In this document: one piece after another, positions 37,962 through 50,437 of the stretch
Numbering within the stretch: the stretch's first letter is position 1
Layout of the letters: every line of letters starts with the position of its first letter
Assembly (NCBI GenBank): GCA_002256025.1
Contig: NKIB01013386.1
Span: 1-58,680, forward strand
Direction of reading: 5' to 3'
DNA: 58,680 nucleotides
Source: Asterionella formosa
Lineage: Eukaryota
Notes under the pieces: model-generated
What the model was told of the DNA's origin: nothing
The model's database searches: none
The model's input: the letters and a program-made list of their open reading frames with translations, nothing else
Position numbers and translations under genes: made by a program

Positions 37962-38135
37962 TCGTGAGGCAATGGCTTAGTGGGTTAGCACGTTGCATTT
38001 GATCTGAGGTTGTGAGGTTCGATTCCCGTAATTTTTTTGAAAGCAATTGTTAAGTTCGATTACCATAATCCTTACCTTTCCGCACAGTCTTGCCTGATGT
38101 GCAAGAAATAGTGGGTTGCCCCCCTATAAGCAATT
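37962..38135 (+). mobile_element. tRNA-derived SINE-like element, short copy
   Basis: Canonical A box TGGCTTAGTGG (37973-37983) and B box GGTTCGATTCC (38016-38026), 32 nt apart. T7 run, then the body shared with 14565-14742. No convincing acceptor stem. Confidence 0.65.
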
Positions 38136-38976
38136 TCCGCATGACACTTTGGTGTACACATGATGACTTCAAGACAACAAACTTAAAAGTTGGTCCCAGC
38201 CAATGTGCGCATCATTACAAATTAAGCATCTGGATCCAGAGGGCCAAGTAACTTGAATGATCATATCACTTAATTCTGTGATCAGCGCTGTGTTGCTGCA
38301 TTGGTCTAATGGTAACCTCGCCTTTATACTTGGCAATAAATGTAATAAAACTTATATTGACAATGAAAGCTAAAGTTGGCCAATGACGCATTTTTCATGC
38401 TATTTAGAGATGCACAATTTTTAAAATGCCTATGGCTTCGAGCACATTTGACACTTTCACAGTAGCCACACAATTGACAATCCTAAAGCTAATACAATTA
38501 TATGATTAATTGAAGCAAAGGATGTGAAATAATTGATTCATTAACTGAAATTTGATTTTTGTTTTGGCAATTTGTGCTGTCCTAGATGTAGGTATTGGTG
38601 CCAACATGTGAAGGATGTCAAAACTTTTGTTGTAATGTGTTACAGCCCCTGTAATGCAAAGTTTCTACTCATCAGGACAATAGCAAATTTTTTACCAGGC
38701 CTTGAAGGGGCTGAGCCCAATGACAGCCAGAGAAAAGCCATGACATGTTCGCACCATGGAGATCAGCATTTTTAAGCAACATGATACAGCAAGATTTATA
38801 TTATTTAGGTTTAGTACAGTTAAAATTCATATCGCAGGCCTACAGAAGGTTACCCGGGTTTTTCTGGAATTTCATCCAGCCATGCATGCATCAAACCAGC
38901 CATATGTGAGCAAAGAACCTAAAAATGGCTTACCGTTATGCTCATTATGTAGCAGTAGGGCGTTGTTGCACCGTTA

Positions 38977-40605
38977 GGGTCGTTCTTATCATTTTCGATC
39001 TGGTATCATTTTTTTGAAAAAGTATCATGTAACGGCTACTCCATTTAAACCGAAAAAATCCATTCTCCACAAAAATAAAAATGAAATTGTATCACCAAAA
39101 AGTATCACGAAAACTCAACGGTTACGGGCTGGCTACAATCATGTGCATATCCCTCCAGGCTTCCCTCCAGACTATTTCGATAATTTTCCATTACTAAAAC
39201 AATGTAGGAAAACTACGCGTATTATTTACCAGTATAGAATATATAGCTGACATACCTGCTAAATTCTTGATTTGCAATGAGTCAACACAGACATGCAAGA
39301 TCATCTATACACTTCTTCTTACACTTCCGCTTGCCATCGTCCCCTTTCAGCTTTCAGGTTTACAAGCAACCAGCACCATGTTATCATTGTCACTGCACAA
39401 CGACAAACAAGTGGATCAACATTGGACTGAAGGTGCCATGAATATCAACGATGGCAATGATGATGATGGTAGTAATGATGTCATCAGTAATCAATTTTTG
39501 ATAATGAAAACAACCATCAATTCTTTGATGACAATGACGATGACCATGACCATGATCAATTCTTTAATCCTTTGTCATCTGGCTCTGGAGGCTGAAACGA
39601 AAGTTAAAAAGAGTAAGGCGAAATGGGAGCATGAGAGAATGTCAAGGCATTCTCATGTCAAGAAGCTGTGTCATGAGGATGCTTTCTTATCATTTTCGAT
39701 TTGGTATCATATTTTTTGAAAAAGTATCATGCAACAGCTACTCGATTTAAACCGAAAAAATCCATTCTCCACAAAAATAAAAATAAAGTTGTATCATCAA
39801 AAAGTATCACGAAAATTCAATGGTTACGGCTACAAACATGTGCTTTTCCTTCCAGACTACCGGTACATAATGGTACCAAACCAGTCCTCAAACCATGCAA
39901 GAAATCTACGCGAATTATGTATATGGACTACTATAGTCAATGGTATTTGCACAGGTATTTGTTGTAGTCACGTGATCATTTTCGTATTCTATTGCCTAGT
40001 ACGTACTGGACGAGTGATAGTAGAATGTGCCAGTAGTGACAGCCAAAGCCGAAAGTATTTGCACAGCTAGTACATGTCGTAGTCACGTGATCATTTTTCG
40101 TATTCTATTGCCTAGGACTCTGTCATGAATTCCCGAGTATCAGTACCAGGTACCAGGGTACCAGTGCCAGGTACCTGTAATCAGATACCGGGTATGACTC
40201 TATGTACATGACTCAATCTGTTCAATTCTCGACTCTGTGGTTGTCGTTCTTTGGTGTTGTTGCTGAACATTGCCACACACGGCCGTTATAATGATTGTAT
40301 GGTCCTTCTTTGATGCACACCGTAATAATTTTTGTGTATATTATGTAGATGTCAATAAAAGTACTGCCCTGCAGGCGTATTATCGGTTAATTTATTAGTC
40401 ACAACGGAAATGATACCCGCGTGAAAACGTCAGTATCACTGATACAGTTTTTGGAAGGGGCAAAAAAAGGTATCAATTTTGTATCATTGATACAAATTTG
40501 ATACCATCAAGTTACCGTTTCTGATACCGTGTTTTGACACCAACCGTCACTTTTTGCCCACACTCCGGAAATGATACAGCAAATTCGGAATGATAAGAAC
40601 GACCC
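38977..40605 (+). mobile_element. PIF/Harbinger non-autonomous element with TTA target duplication
   Basis: Perfect 17-bp TIR GGGTCGTTCTTATCATT / AATGATAAGAACGACCC. TTA at 38974-38976 and 40606-40608. The internal fragment KWEHERMSRHSHVKKLCHEDAF resembles a Harbinger transposase N-terminus. The left end is duplicated at about 39685-39930. Confidence 0.88.
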
Positions 40606-42016
40606 TTACAGCCAGCAATTTCGGCAACCGGTTCAGGTACCAACCAGTACCTGGTACTTGGTACCCTGGTACCGGTACCGGTAAATTAGGACTCTGGAAC
40701 TGGTGGTCCAGTCATGATTTCAACTTTGGTTGTTTGGAAGAAGGAAGCCTGCCCGTCGTTGGTAGCATGCTGGGACTCACCCATTCCACCTGATATCTTT
40801 TGAAACGAACGGCCCTGTGAGCATTGTCAAAGCCAGATCGGTATTCTACCTGTTGCCCTGGTACTGGAAATGCCTTCTCGACCACGAACCAAATATCGAT
40901 TCCCGCTACGCGGCTGCCTCTGCGATTTCGTGCTGGCTGGTTGTTGGTCGATTATTCAAACTGCCATTGTAGCAGGTAGTACGGCTAGTAGAATAAGTCG
41001 TTCAGAAACCGCCATTTTTTCTCTGTCGTGTCCGGCGGCACATGGATTCGTCGTGATTTGCGCTTCAATTGTTTACATTACGATTCCTTTTTCCTCTACT
41101 AATTAGGACTAGTATGGTACCAGGGTAGCGGTACCAGGGAACCTTGGTACCATACTCTCAAATGTATCTAAATGATCTACTGAGGATAACGTACGAACAA
41201 TGATGGTTATTCGTGACTGAAGTCCAGGTAGGCTGTGGGGTACTGCCGGGAGGCCTCTGTTTTCATGTGACAAGACTGCGGTAGGCAATAATCCTCGGTT
41301 TCGGCCTGATACAGGAAGTTATTTACATGTGTGTAGAAATACGCCAGTTCGTTGTTATCATATCCAAGACTTTTGTCAGTCATGCACTCGCTGGAAATAT
41401 GAGCAGTTGTGCATGAATAAACCATCGAAGCATGGACCAGACGACTAAAATTGTACGTACCACGACCTGGTATACCATTGTTTTCTTATAATTTTTCTTC
41501 ATTCTCACACACGTGATCATTGTACAGGTAATGAGGTGTGTACAAGAGGTACCTGGTACCTGGTACCAGATACCTGCCGCCTACTCCTGGTAATTACGTA
41601 CTGGTACATAACGTTTTATGCTGAATGCCTCAGCCGTGTACGGAGCGAGGAGGCGATCGCTTTTTGTTCGTGAACATAATTTCAGAGTATGGTACCTGGT
41701 ACAGGGAAGGAAGCTGGACCCCAGGTTCTTTGGCACTTGCCTGAGACAAGTACCGGAGTCGGAGTCGTACGTAGCGTACCAAATGTAGAACCAGCTACCA
41801 GTGCCCGTATGTATGTGGTGAATCCCACATTCTGGACTTTTGGCTGTGCCTTCGTTCGTTACGAGTTCACACCTACCAGGAAACAGGGCACCGGTAACAG
41901 GAACAACAACGACCTCCGTCGAAGTGTTTTTTAGATTGTGACTAAACAACCGCAATCATTTCTCACAAATTTTGTAACTTCTGGTATTTCGCAAAAATCC
42001 CTCAACTCAACGGAAA

Positions 42017-42568
42017 ATGAACGTTTTCATCGTCTATCTCCTTATCCAATCCCTTGCTTACTTTCCTTCTGCCGCAGCTCAGCTTCGCGGACCAGAAACG
42101 CACATTCGTAAAGCTAAGACAGGTCGGGACGGGCCTCGTGCCTTGACTGTCTTGACAAAAAAGCCGACTCGTAAACCCACAGCGCTCGCAACCACACGAA
42201 GACCAACACATCGTCCCACAATCAGACCAACCGGCCGTCCCACTCGTAGGCCAACTCGTCGACCCACAGAAACACCAACACGTCGACCCACAGGAACACC
42301 AACACGTCGACCACTTTATCTCCCTCCTGCTGTTGTTAATCCAACTCCAACCAGTGGTGCGAAAACATGCCCGTCCTCTGTTTCTGACTTCTACCAACAA
42401 CAAGCCGGTTCGAGTCCATACATTGTTGCTTGCAGGACGAACTACGACTGCCGCAACTTTAAGCAGGATATTAAGCCAGGCTCCAAGCCATGCTGTCTTT
42501 ATCCGTATTGTCTATGCGGATCCGACAATCCCGGAGCGACTTCATCAGTTTCGTGTTTAAATGCCTAG
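42017..42568 (+). CDS. Secreted protein: signal peptide, basic PTRR-type repeats, 8-Cys C-terminal domain
   Basis: 183 aa. MNVFIVYLLIQSLAYFPSAAA|QLRG, about 12 PTxx repeats, C-x20-C-x5-C-x13-CC-x4-C-x-C-x12-C. Confidence 0.8.
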   Translation: MNVFIVYLLIQSLAYFPSAAAQLRGPETHIRKAKTGRDGPRALTVLTKKPTRKPTALATTRRPTHRPTIRPTGRPTRRPTRRPTETPTRRPTGTPTRRPLYLPPAVVNPTPTSGAKTCPSSVSDFYQQQAGSSPYIVACRTNYDCRNFKQDIKPGSKPCCLYPYCLCGSDNPGATSSVSCLNA

Positions 42569-43099
42569 AACTATCGCAACTATCGCAACATTCAAATTAC
42601 GATGCAATTACCTGTTTCGATGCAAGTGCAGATAAGTAGATTGTTGCAGTCACTAGATTAATTAATCAACTGAGAGCTGAAACCGATAACCAATGACAAT
42701 TATTTTTTGATTCTACATTTAATACTCTGGACTATTCACAACTACGTAGATGACAACCAATGCTCTAGCTTTCTCGGAATCTGCCACCTGATCTACAGTT
42801 TAGTCCACTGGATGTGTGTGTGAAGACAATGTCCCTGAATTTAATTACAACTATCAGGTACACATAGTACATAGGGATGTACCTACTCCAGTAGCTTATA
42901 AAGGCAAGCGAATGAAAGTAGTTATCCCAGCTACTGTAATCAACTCACTGCCTGGTCAGGGGTGGGCTCAGCACAAAAAATCTCGCGAAGAGCAATCCCC
43001 CTTTGTGTGATAGGCAATGACTACCTTGAGGTTTAGGTCTATCTGGTATGATGTCTTTATGGAGGGACTGCATCAAAATGTATATTGTGATGTGGACTT

Positions 43100-43423
43100 A
43101 CTGATGTCACATTATTGAATTAAAAACAAAATTTATATAAAAGTAAACAAATATGTTTATGATCAAACATGCAAGATATTATTGATTGATAACTTTTAAT
43201 GTATGATCATAAAAAAGTGATACTGCGATAATTTTGGGGTGGTCAACAATTAAGAAGAAATGTTAGGCCTAATGCATTTTTCATTCTTAGATGTAGACAC
43301 AGGGGAATATGATAAATTTTAGGGGTGCTGATAATGTGTCCAGGATGATGTTCCTCCAAAAATTGCCATTATGAAACAATTCTCTTCAATGATGGATTGT
43401 ATCTGTGACTTCAACTGTTGTTT

Positions 43424-43488
<65 letters not shown>

Positions 43489-45030
43489 GATCCTATTCTT
43501 GCCTGCTGACTTGGGTTGCCTTGAATTATTCATTGTGTCATTAGTTGGTTCATATGGCGCTGTTGACTGCTGTGCGACCCATGCAACAATATTATTTGGA
43601 GAGTTTCTTGTATTCCATTCTTTTTACATGCTGTTGTTCTGACTATCATTATTGCTGATATTAATGTCTGCTGACAAGTCTTTTTTGTATTCCATTCATC
43701 TGTAGATGCTGTTATTCTAATTAACATTGTTGTTGATTTAATGTCCGCTGTCACGTCGGTTTTTGTTTTCCATTGTGTTGTTTTTCTGATTGTCATGATG
43801 GTTGCAAGTGCTCATGTTCGCCGCCTTAGATCTTCTTGATTTATTCATTGTGACATTATGCCGTTTATATGGCACTGGTGACTGCTACTTTGCCTCTTTG
43901 TAGGTTCTGTGATTCCGATCCACGTTGTTGTTGATGCTAATACCCACTGCCTCGAATTGCCTTGATTTGTGCATTGTGTCCTTAGTCGATTTAGATGGTG
44001 CTGTCGCGTTGTTTGTGAGAATTGTTACGACTGCATTATAGTTTGTTTCATATGGGGGTTCATTGGTGAGCAGCAAGTATTCTGCTTTGAAATCACTATT
44101 TGTATTATCATTTTTCGCATTACGCCTGTGTTCGATGTTTCGCTAAATGATAATTCAACTGCAATATTCAAAGTGTTTTAAAAGTTACACTCAGGGCAAT
44201 TAAGTCTAGTGAACTCTGCCTACGACGACCAAATTAAAGGATATCATGCAATCCAGAGGGAAATTAGCATCAGGGATGCTCATCTTTCCTCGGTTCCATT
44301 AGATGATATGCTCCAAGTAAAACTGAATTATAAAATACAATTTCTTGAAAAGGCACACGTCAAGATTTCCAGGCTTCATACCAACCACGGCTTGACATCA
44401 ATCGCGGAATTCTTTGCTGCATTTGGTTCAGTGCAAGGAGAAACAGGAATAAAAACAACGGAAACAACACAAGTGTGGCCAACAAAAATTGGTATTCCAT
44501 CAATCCACATGTAGGATTCAATTTCCCAGCGGACACGAGCTCTTCGGGCACAGAAATTGGGACAAGATCAAAGTTACCGCAAATTTGTTTTTAAACAGAC
44601 TTCCATGCAATGGTTGGAAGTTACCACCCATCAACACATCCATCGCCCTATTTTTTCTGGGACATGTAGTGCAATGCCGATAAATCTAGAAATTGACTAG
44701 TTTTAATGCGCTATATAGATGATTGCTATATGATAATCAGAAGGTTGTACAGCTTTTTTCTGATGGTTGTTCAACTTATTTAAAAATTCCGTCATGTAAT
44801 TGTCTATGAATGAAAAATGCGTTTAGGCCTAACATTTTTGCTTAATTGTCGACTGCCCCAAAATTATCGCAGTATGACGGTTTTTTTAAAGATCATCATA
44901 TGTAACAAGTTATTGATGAGACAAAAAAAATTACTGATCAATATTTTTTTGTGTGTTTGATCATAAACATATATATGCATGTTTATACACATACTGTTCT
45001 TTTATCAAACAGTTTTTGTTGTTGCATCAG
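43100..45030. mobile_element. Element bounded by long (about 200 bp) imperfect inverted repeats (MULE/foldback-like)
   Basis: atactgcgataattttgggg..caattaag..aaatgttaggccta..gcatttttcattc (43220-43286) is inverted at 44807-44875. atatgtttatgatcaaaca (43151) is inverted at about 44954-44972. No TSD identified. Confidence 0.6.
43417..43489 (+). repeat. (TTG)n microsatellite, about 24 units
   Basis: Directly visible. Confidence 0.97.
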
Positions 45031-45824
45031 GTTGGACTTGTCTTCCCTTAGTATTGTACATTCAATGTATTTATATATCAATGCACGCAAAAATTAATTG
45101 TTCCAACAATGACACCATCGTTAATACAGAACCGTTACTTTTTGATCAAGTAATGTTCGAACTTACGATCTAACGATAACAGCCGTTCGATGAAGTCAAT
45201 TGATCTGTTGATCTAACATTTGGAGTTTTTGATCAAATAATTCTAAGCTTTCGACCTTACGCAATCATTTCTACAGATCTAAAGCAATCTTACTTTTGGT
45301 CAAACATATAATGATGTTCGATCAACGATCTAGAAAAGTCGAATTACATGGATTGCTACTTAATTTCATATCCTTTATTCATGCAACATGCATCCGTTCC
45401 CATTTCACATCCCTTAACAGAATGAGCACATAGGTCATCGTTGATTCCTTCCATTTCAGTGACTTTTATCATTCACTTTGACATTCCTAAAGATGAAATG
45501 AAAGAGTCATCGAAGCTGCTGATGTAATATTCAAATTTTCACCATTACAAATGACAGGAAACTCATATTCTCTATCCTTTTTATCTGATTTTCCTGAAGG
45601 AGATAAGAACAATGTTAGCGAAAGTGTTGGAATGAGTAAACCATCTCAACATAGATGCAACGAAACAATCCACAATATATGATCACAAGCGCTCTTTTTT
45701 ACACACCAGTGCACCGAGAAGATGTCGTAACAACAACGTGAAGCGATAGAATCAATAACAAGCAAGCAAGGGTTTCTATATAAACATAATTGAAGAGAAA
45801 ATACAACTTCGCGCTCCAATAGAC

Positions 45825-46395
45825 AAATGAACAGATAAAGAGAATATAGCTTGCATCGCCCGTCATGCATGATTGAGAAGTGATTGGGTATCAATCCTCA
45901 TTCTTGCATCTGCAGGTAGGGACGGGAGATATTATTAATGTCGAATTCCTTGTAGTAGACATCTATCATTAATGAAAGATGAACAGGTCAAGAGAATATA
46001 ACTTACATCACCCATCATGCTTGATTGATAAGTGATCGGGTATCAATCCTCAGTCTTGCATCTGCAGGTAGGGACGATAGAAATTATGAATGTCGAATTC
46101 CTTGTAGTAGACATCTATCATTAATGATAGATGAACAGGTCAAGAGCATATAACTTACATCGCCAATCATGCTTGATTGATAAGTGATCTAGTATCAATC
46201 CTCATTCTTGCATCTACAGGAAGGGACAAGAGATATTATTAATGTCGAATTCATTTGTAGTACACATCTATCATTAATGATAGATGAACAGGTAAAGAGC
46301 ATATAACTTACATCTCCTTTCATGATTGATTGATAAGTGACAGGTGACAGGTGACAGGTGATGGGTAATGCAACAGGGTATCAATCCTCATTCTC
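45825..46395 (+). repeat. Tandem repeat, unit 152-153 bp, about 3.5 copies
   Basis: atgaacag anchors at 45827, 45979, 46131 and 46284. Confidence 0.92.
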
Positions 46396-47394
46396 GCCTA
46401 ACCTTTCAGGTTTATTCGATAGGAGGCTGTCGATCTTTACTTCATCATCAGGTTGTGTGAAATAAGAGGTATTTCAATTTCGTAATCATTTATCAAAATT
46501 TCCAATTCTTCAAAATATATGTATTATCTTTACCTATGAATGTCTATTAACTATTTCAATGGAGCATTCAATACCCTTCAAGTATGTATGATAAGATAAA
46601 CTTTTCAAGACTTAGAATATCCTCAACCGTATACATGTTCGTAATCATATCTATGGTAAGGAATAGTCGATAGTTGTCACTGGTACCAGGTACATAACAC
46701 ATAACTATGATGCATATTGGTTCTTACCGGTACATGACTTGGAGAGTACAGTACATCACCAGTATTCAAGATACCCGGCAAATTAGAATGAATGACCGAT
46801 ATCGACACAATGCATATTAGTTTGATCATGATCGACAGATGATGTATCTATTCTCGAAAAAAAGGCTTCCCAGTCATTTCAAAAGAAAAAAACGGTTGTA
46901 TGTTAATCTCTTCATATATATATATATATATTTGCAGATGGACAGGCAGAAATTCTGACGCATCACCTAAATTTTGATTCTATTGTGCCTCGATTTTATT
47001 TTGTTTTACTACTTGATTGATTTTTACATCTTTCCTTATCCCTTCCATAATCGTCTTCACCTCTTCACGCCAGTAGTAATAATTTTAATTGTCTACCACA
47101 TTGGCGAGATCTTACCTGTTTATCAGACCCACTAGAGTCAGGAAAGAGAAGTGAAAGAAATCGATTAGAAATCGATCGCGACGCCGTTTCTTGACTGGGC
47201 GCCGGCACTAAGCGAGATTTACGCTTTTTACGTCTGTCACAACATCAGTTGGAGACAATTGAGCCTCCTGCTGGCTGGCAATACTACAAAACATCCATTT
47301 ACAGAATATTACTGTCAAGCAGAAGATCACCCATTTAGGAGTGACAGGTCACTGGACCAAGCATACGAGGTGTATTGCAAAAGATAGAAAATAA

Positions 47395-48760
47395 ATGGAT
47401 GAAGATCAAGTTAACAGAAATCTTGGCAAGGATTTTCATTTTCGAGATACCCTCCTTCAGGTTGTGCAACCAAAGGAAACACAAGTCGATCAATTGATCA
47501 TGCAGGACATTTCCATGTCCTCCAAGCTCTCATATGCAGACGATGAGATGCTGGTATCATGTTTTCAGATGAACAACCACCCTACAGCAGGAAAGAAGAT
47601 GCGCCTTTTGGCTTTCAAAATGTGGATCAAAGATCAACAAGCCAATGAAGGCTTCGGAAATGGATCCTCAGATAACTTGACACATGAAGAACTAACCAAA
47701 ATGTTGGAACAAGTCGGAAATTGACAAAAACGGGCTGTCCATGGATGGCCCAGAACGGAATGTCCATAGAGATGTAAAGGAACCAGAGCCATGGCTTGGA
47801 AAGCCACAGGACTGTCGGAAACAGAAATGAGAGCTAATGGCCTACTTAGTAAAGAGAAGGAATAGAAACAATGTACTCTTTTTATACTTGATCTGAGATG
47901 AACAAGAAATGATAATGGAACTCGAGGATAACAAATTGACCTCCTTGCTCAGGGATACCCCCCACCATGGAATAGCTTATCAAGCGGATGATTACGAACT
48001 TTTTCAGGTGCTGACTAGCTGGAAAATTGGAGGTACAATGGAAGCCCTTGTTGACCGTTATCAATCAACTCCGGATGGTTGATCTGCCTGGCAGATGATC
48101 ATCAACATGATGGATGGGCAAGACTCCCGAAATGCTCAAGATAAAGAGGCAGATGGGTTTCTATAAGATGACTGTTCTCAATTCATATTTGAACAATACT
48201 GTTCTATTCACATTATATCCAACATTGAGATGGAAGAATTAAATGTGGGATGTAACAGCTTCACTAGGGTTATAAAATTCCTTGATGGCATCAAATATCC
48301 AACCATGCAGGGCCTAAAGTTTCTTATCATGGACAATGATAAGACAAAAGCAGATCTACAAGCTGCAGTTATTAAAACGAAGGATCTGTGGAATCAATCA
48401 AAACCTGCAGCGTCTAACACCAATAGAAGCCGAGATGAGCGAACTATTGGTAACATAAACATAGGCAGCCACCGTGGTGGAGGGCAGGGACAGGACAGCA
48501 GAGGCGGTCACAACAACAGAGGAGGGAGAAACGAACACAATGCCGGCAGGGGCCATGGTCACTATGCTGGAACAACAGGCCGAGGCTGCGTTCGAGAACA
48601 AAATTCCGACTATATCCCACAAGAGGTTCTGAATTCCCTGACTCCCCAACAACATTGTTGGTACATGTTACAGGGCTGAGATGCATCACATCAAGCTGAT
48701 ACCGCCACTTCACCAGCACACCAAAATGAACAAACAGTAGGGGCGGGCACTAACAATAAA
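47395..48760 (+). pseudogene. Second Ty1/copia (CoDi-like) gag remnant
   Basis: Across frames: HHGIAYQADDYELFQVLTSW, DG*SAWQMII, VIKFLDGIK, KADLQAAV, an RGG-rich tract, then YIPQEVLNSLTPQQ. Upstream ...ccaca-t-TGGCGAG at about 47096-47108 looks like an LTR end plus PBS. Confidence 0.65.
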
Positions 48761-49289
48761 GAAATGGCATCCATGCATCTCAGACGCCGTTTATGGCACT
48801 TTTTCGACTTTGTCTAAAGTGACGTCTTTATGCTACTTTTTTTAAATATTATGTTACTTTTTCCCTAATTTATTCGGGTTAAACAGAAATTTACTTCACT
48901 TATCGAATAATTATTTGATCACACCAATTATTATGTGTGTTGGTGACAATATATGTTGACCAACTAGCAATTGCAACAGTATAAGCAAAAGCAAAATTAT
49001 GCTGCTCCGCCGCAATATTATGCTGCTTTCACCATATACTGAACGAAAGAGTCGCCAATTCCGATTCACTTATTATTTTTTCTGCTCCAACATATTTCTT
49101 TGATCTGAACTGGCAAAGAATAACATATGCAAGAGGAAGATTCACACTGTAGAATTCAGCACACGCAGTAGTATTTGATGTTGTAGACACATTATTTATT
49201 CATTGTTGATTGTAGAGATTACAATAGCCTGCCAGATTAGAAATAAAGCACCGTTGGTACTCGTTAAGCATCGTTTAGCATCATTTAGC

Positions 49290-50400
49290 ATTGCATGTCG
49301 CCGTAGTGAATCGAAATTCAGATGTGCCACAGTGGCCTTCTCCATTTTGGAGCAGCTACAAATAGTCTAAAGCGATAACTCTAGCAAGTACAATAAAGAA
49401 AAAGAAGGAAAGGATGAGTAGCTGACAATAAGGATTTGAATCCGTGAATTCGTTAAGATCCAGCTGTTGCATATTTCAACCTTGCATGTCGCCGTAGTGA
49501 GTCAAAATTGAGATGTGCCGCAATGGCCGCCTCCTTTTCGGAGCGGCTACAAATATTCTACAGCAATATCTCGAGAAAGTAAATTATTGAAAAAGAAGGA
49601 AAGGATGAGTAGCTGACAACAATTGAATCCGTTAATTCGTTAAGATCCAGCTGTTGCATATTTCAACCTTGCATGTCGCCGTAGTGAGTCAACATTGAAA
49701 TATGCCGCAATGGCCGCCTCCTTTTCGGAGCAGCTACAAATAATTTACAGCAATATCTCGAGCAAGAAAATTATTGAAAAAGAAGGAAAGGATGAGTAGC
49801 TGACAATAAGGAATTCAATCCGTTAATTTGTTAAGAAACAGCTGTTGTATTTTTTAACCTTGCATGTCGCCATAGTGAATCGAAATTGAGATGTGCCACA
49901 GTGGCCTTCTCCGTTTCGGAGCAGCTTCAAATAGTCTACAGCGATAACTCTAGCAACTACAATATAGAAAAAGAAGGAAAGGATGAGTAGCTGACAATAA
50001 GGAATTGAATCCGTTAATTCGTTAAGATACAGCTGTTGCATGCCTTTAACATTCAATGCATGTCACCATAGTGAGTCAAAATTAAGATCTGCCGCAATGG
50101 CCATTTCCTTTTTGGAGCAGCTAAAAATAGTGTACAGCGATAACTCTAAGAAGTACAATATAGACAAAGAAGCAGAGGTGGAGCAGCTGTCAACGATTGC
50201 ATTCGTAAATTCGTTTTGAAACAGCTGCTGCATATTTTAACATTCAATGCATGTTGCCATAGTGCTTCGATATTGAGATTCGCCGCAATGGCATTCTTTT
50301 TTTCGGAGCTGCTACAAATAGTCTACAGAAATATCTTGAGCTAGTAAATTATTGAAAAAGAAGGAAAGAATGAGTAGCTGTCAACAATTGAATTAGTAAA
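49290..50400 (+). repeat. Tandem repeat, unit 187-196 bp, about 6 copies
   Basis: tgcatgt(c/t)(g/a)cc(g/a)tagtg anchors near 49291, 49482, 49669, 49860, 50056 and 50247. Confidence 0.93.
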
Positions 50401-50437
50401 TCTTTAATATTAGTAATAATTTTGGTTCCTAGTTCAT

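Noticed and set aside
37962..38040. Functional tRNA gene
   Set aside because: A and B boxes are present, but I could not form acceptor and anticodon stems, and the downstream body is shared with a second dispersed copy.
43418..43642. Poly-Leu signal/TM ORF
   Set aside because: Translation of the (TTG)n microsatellite.
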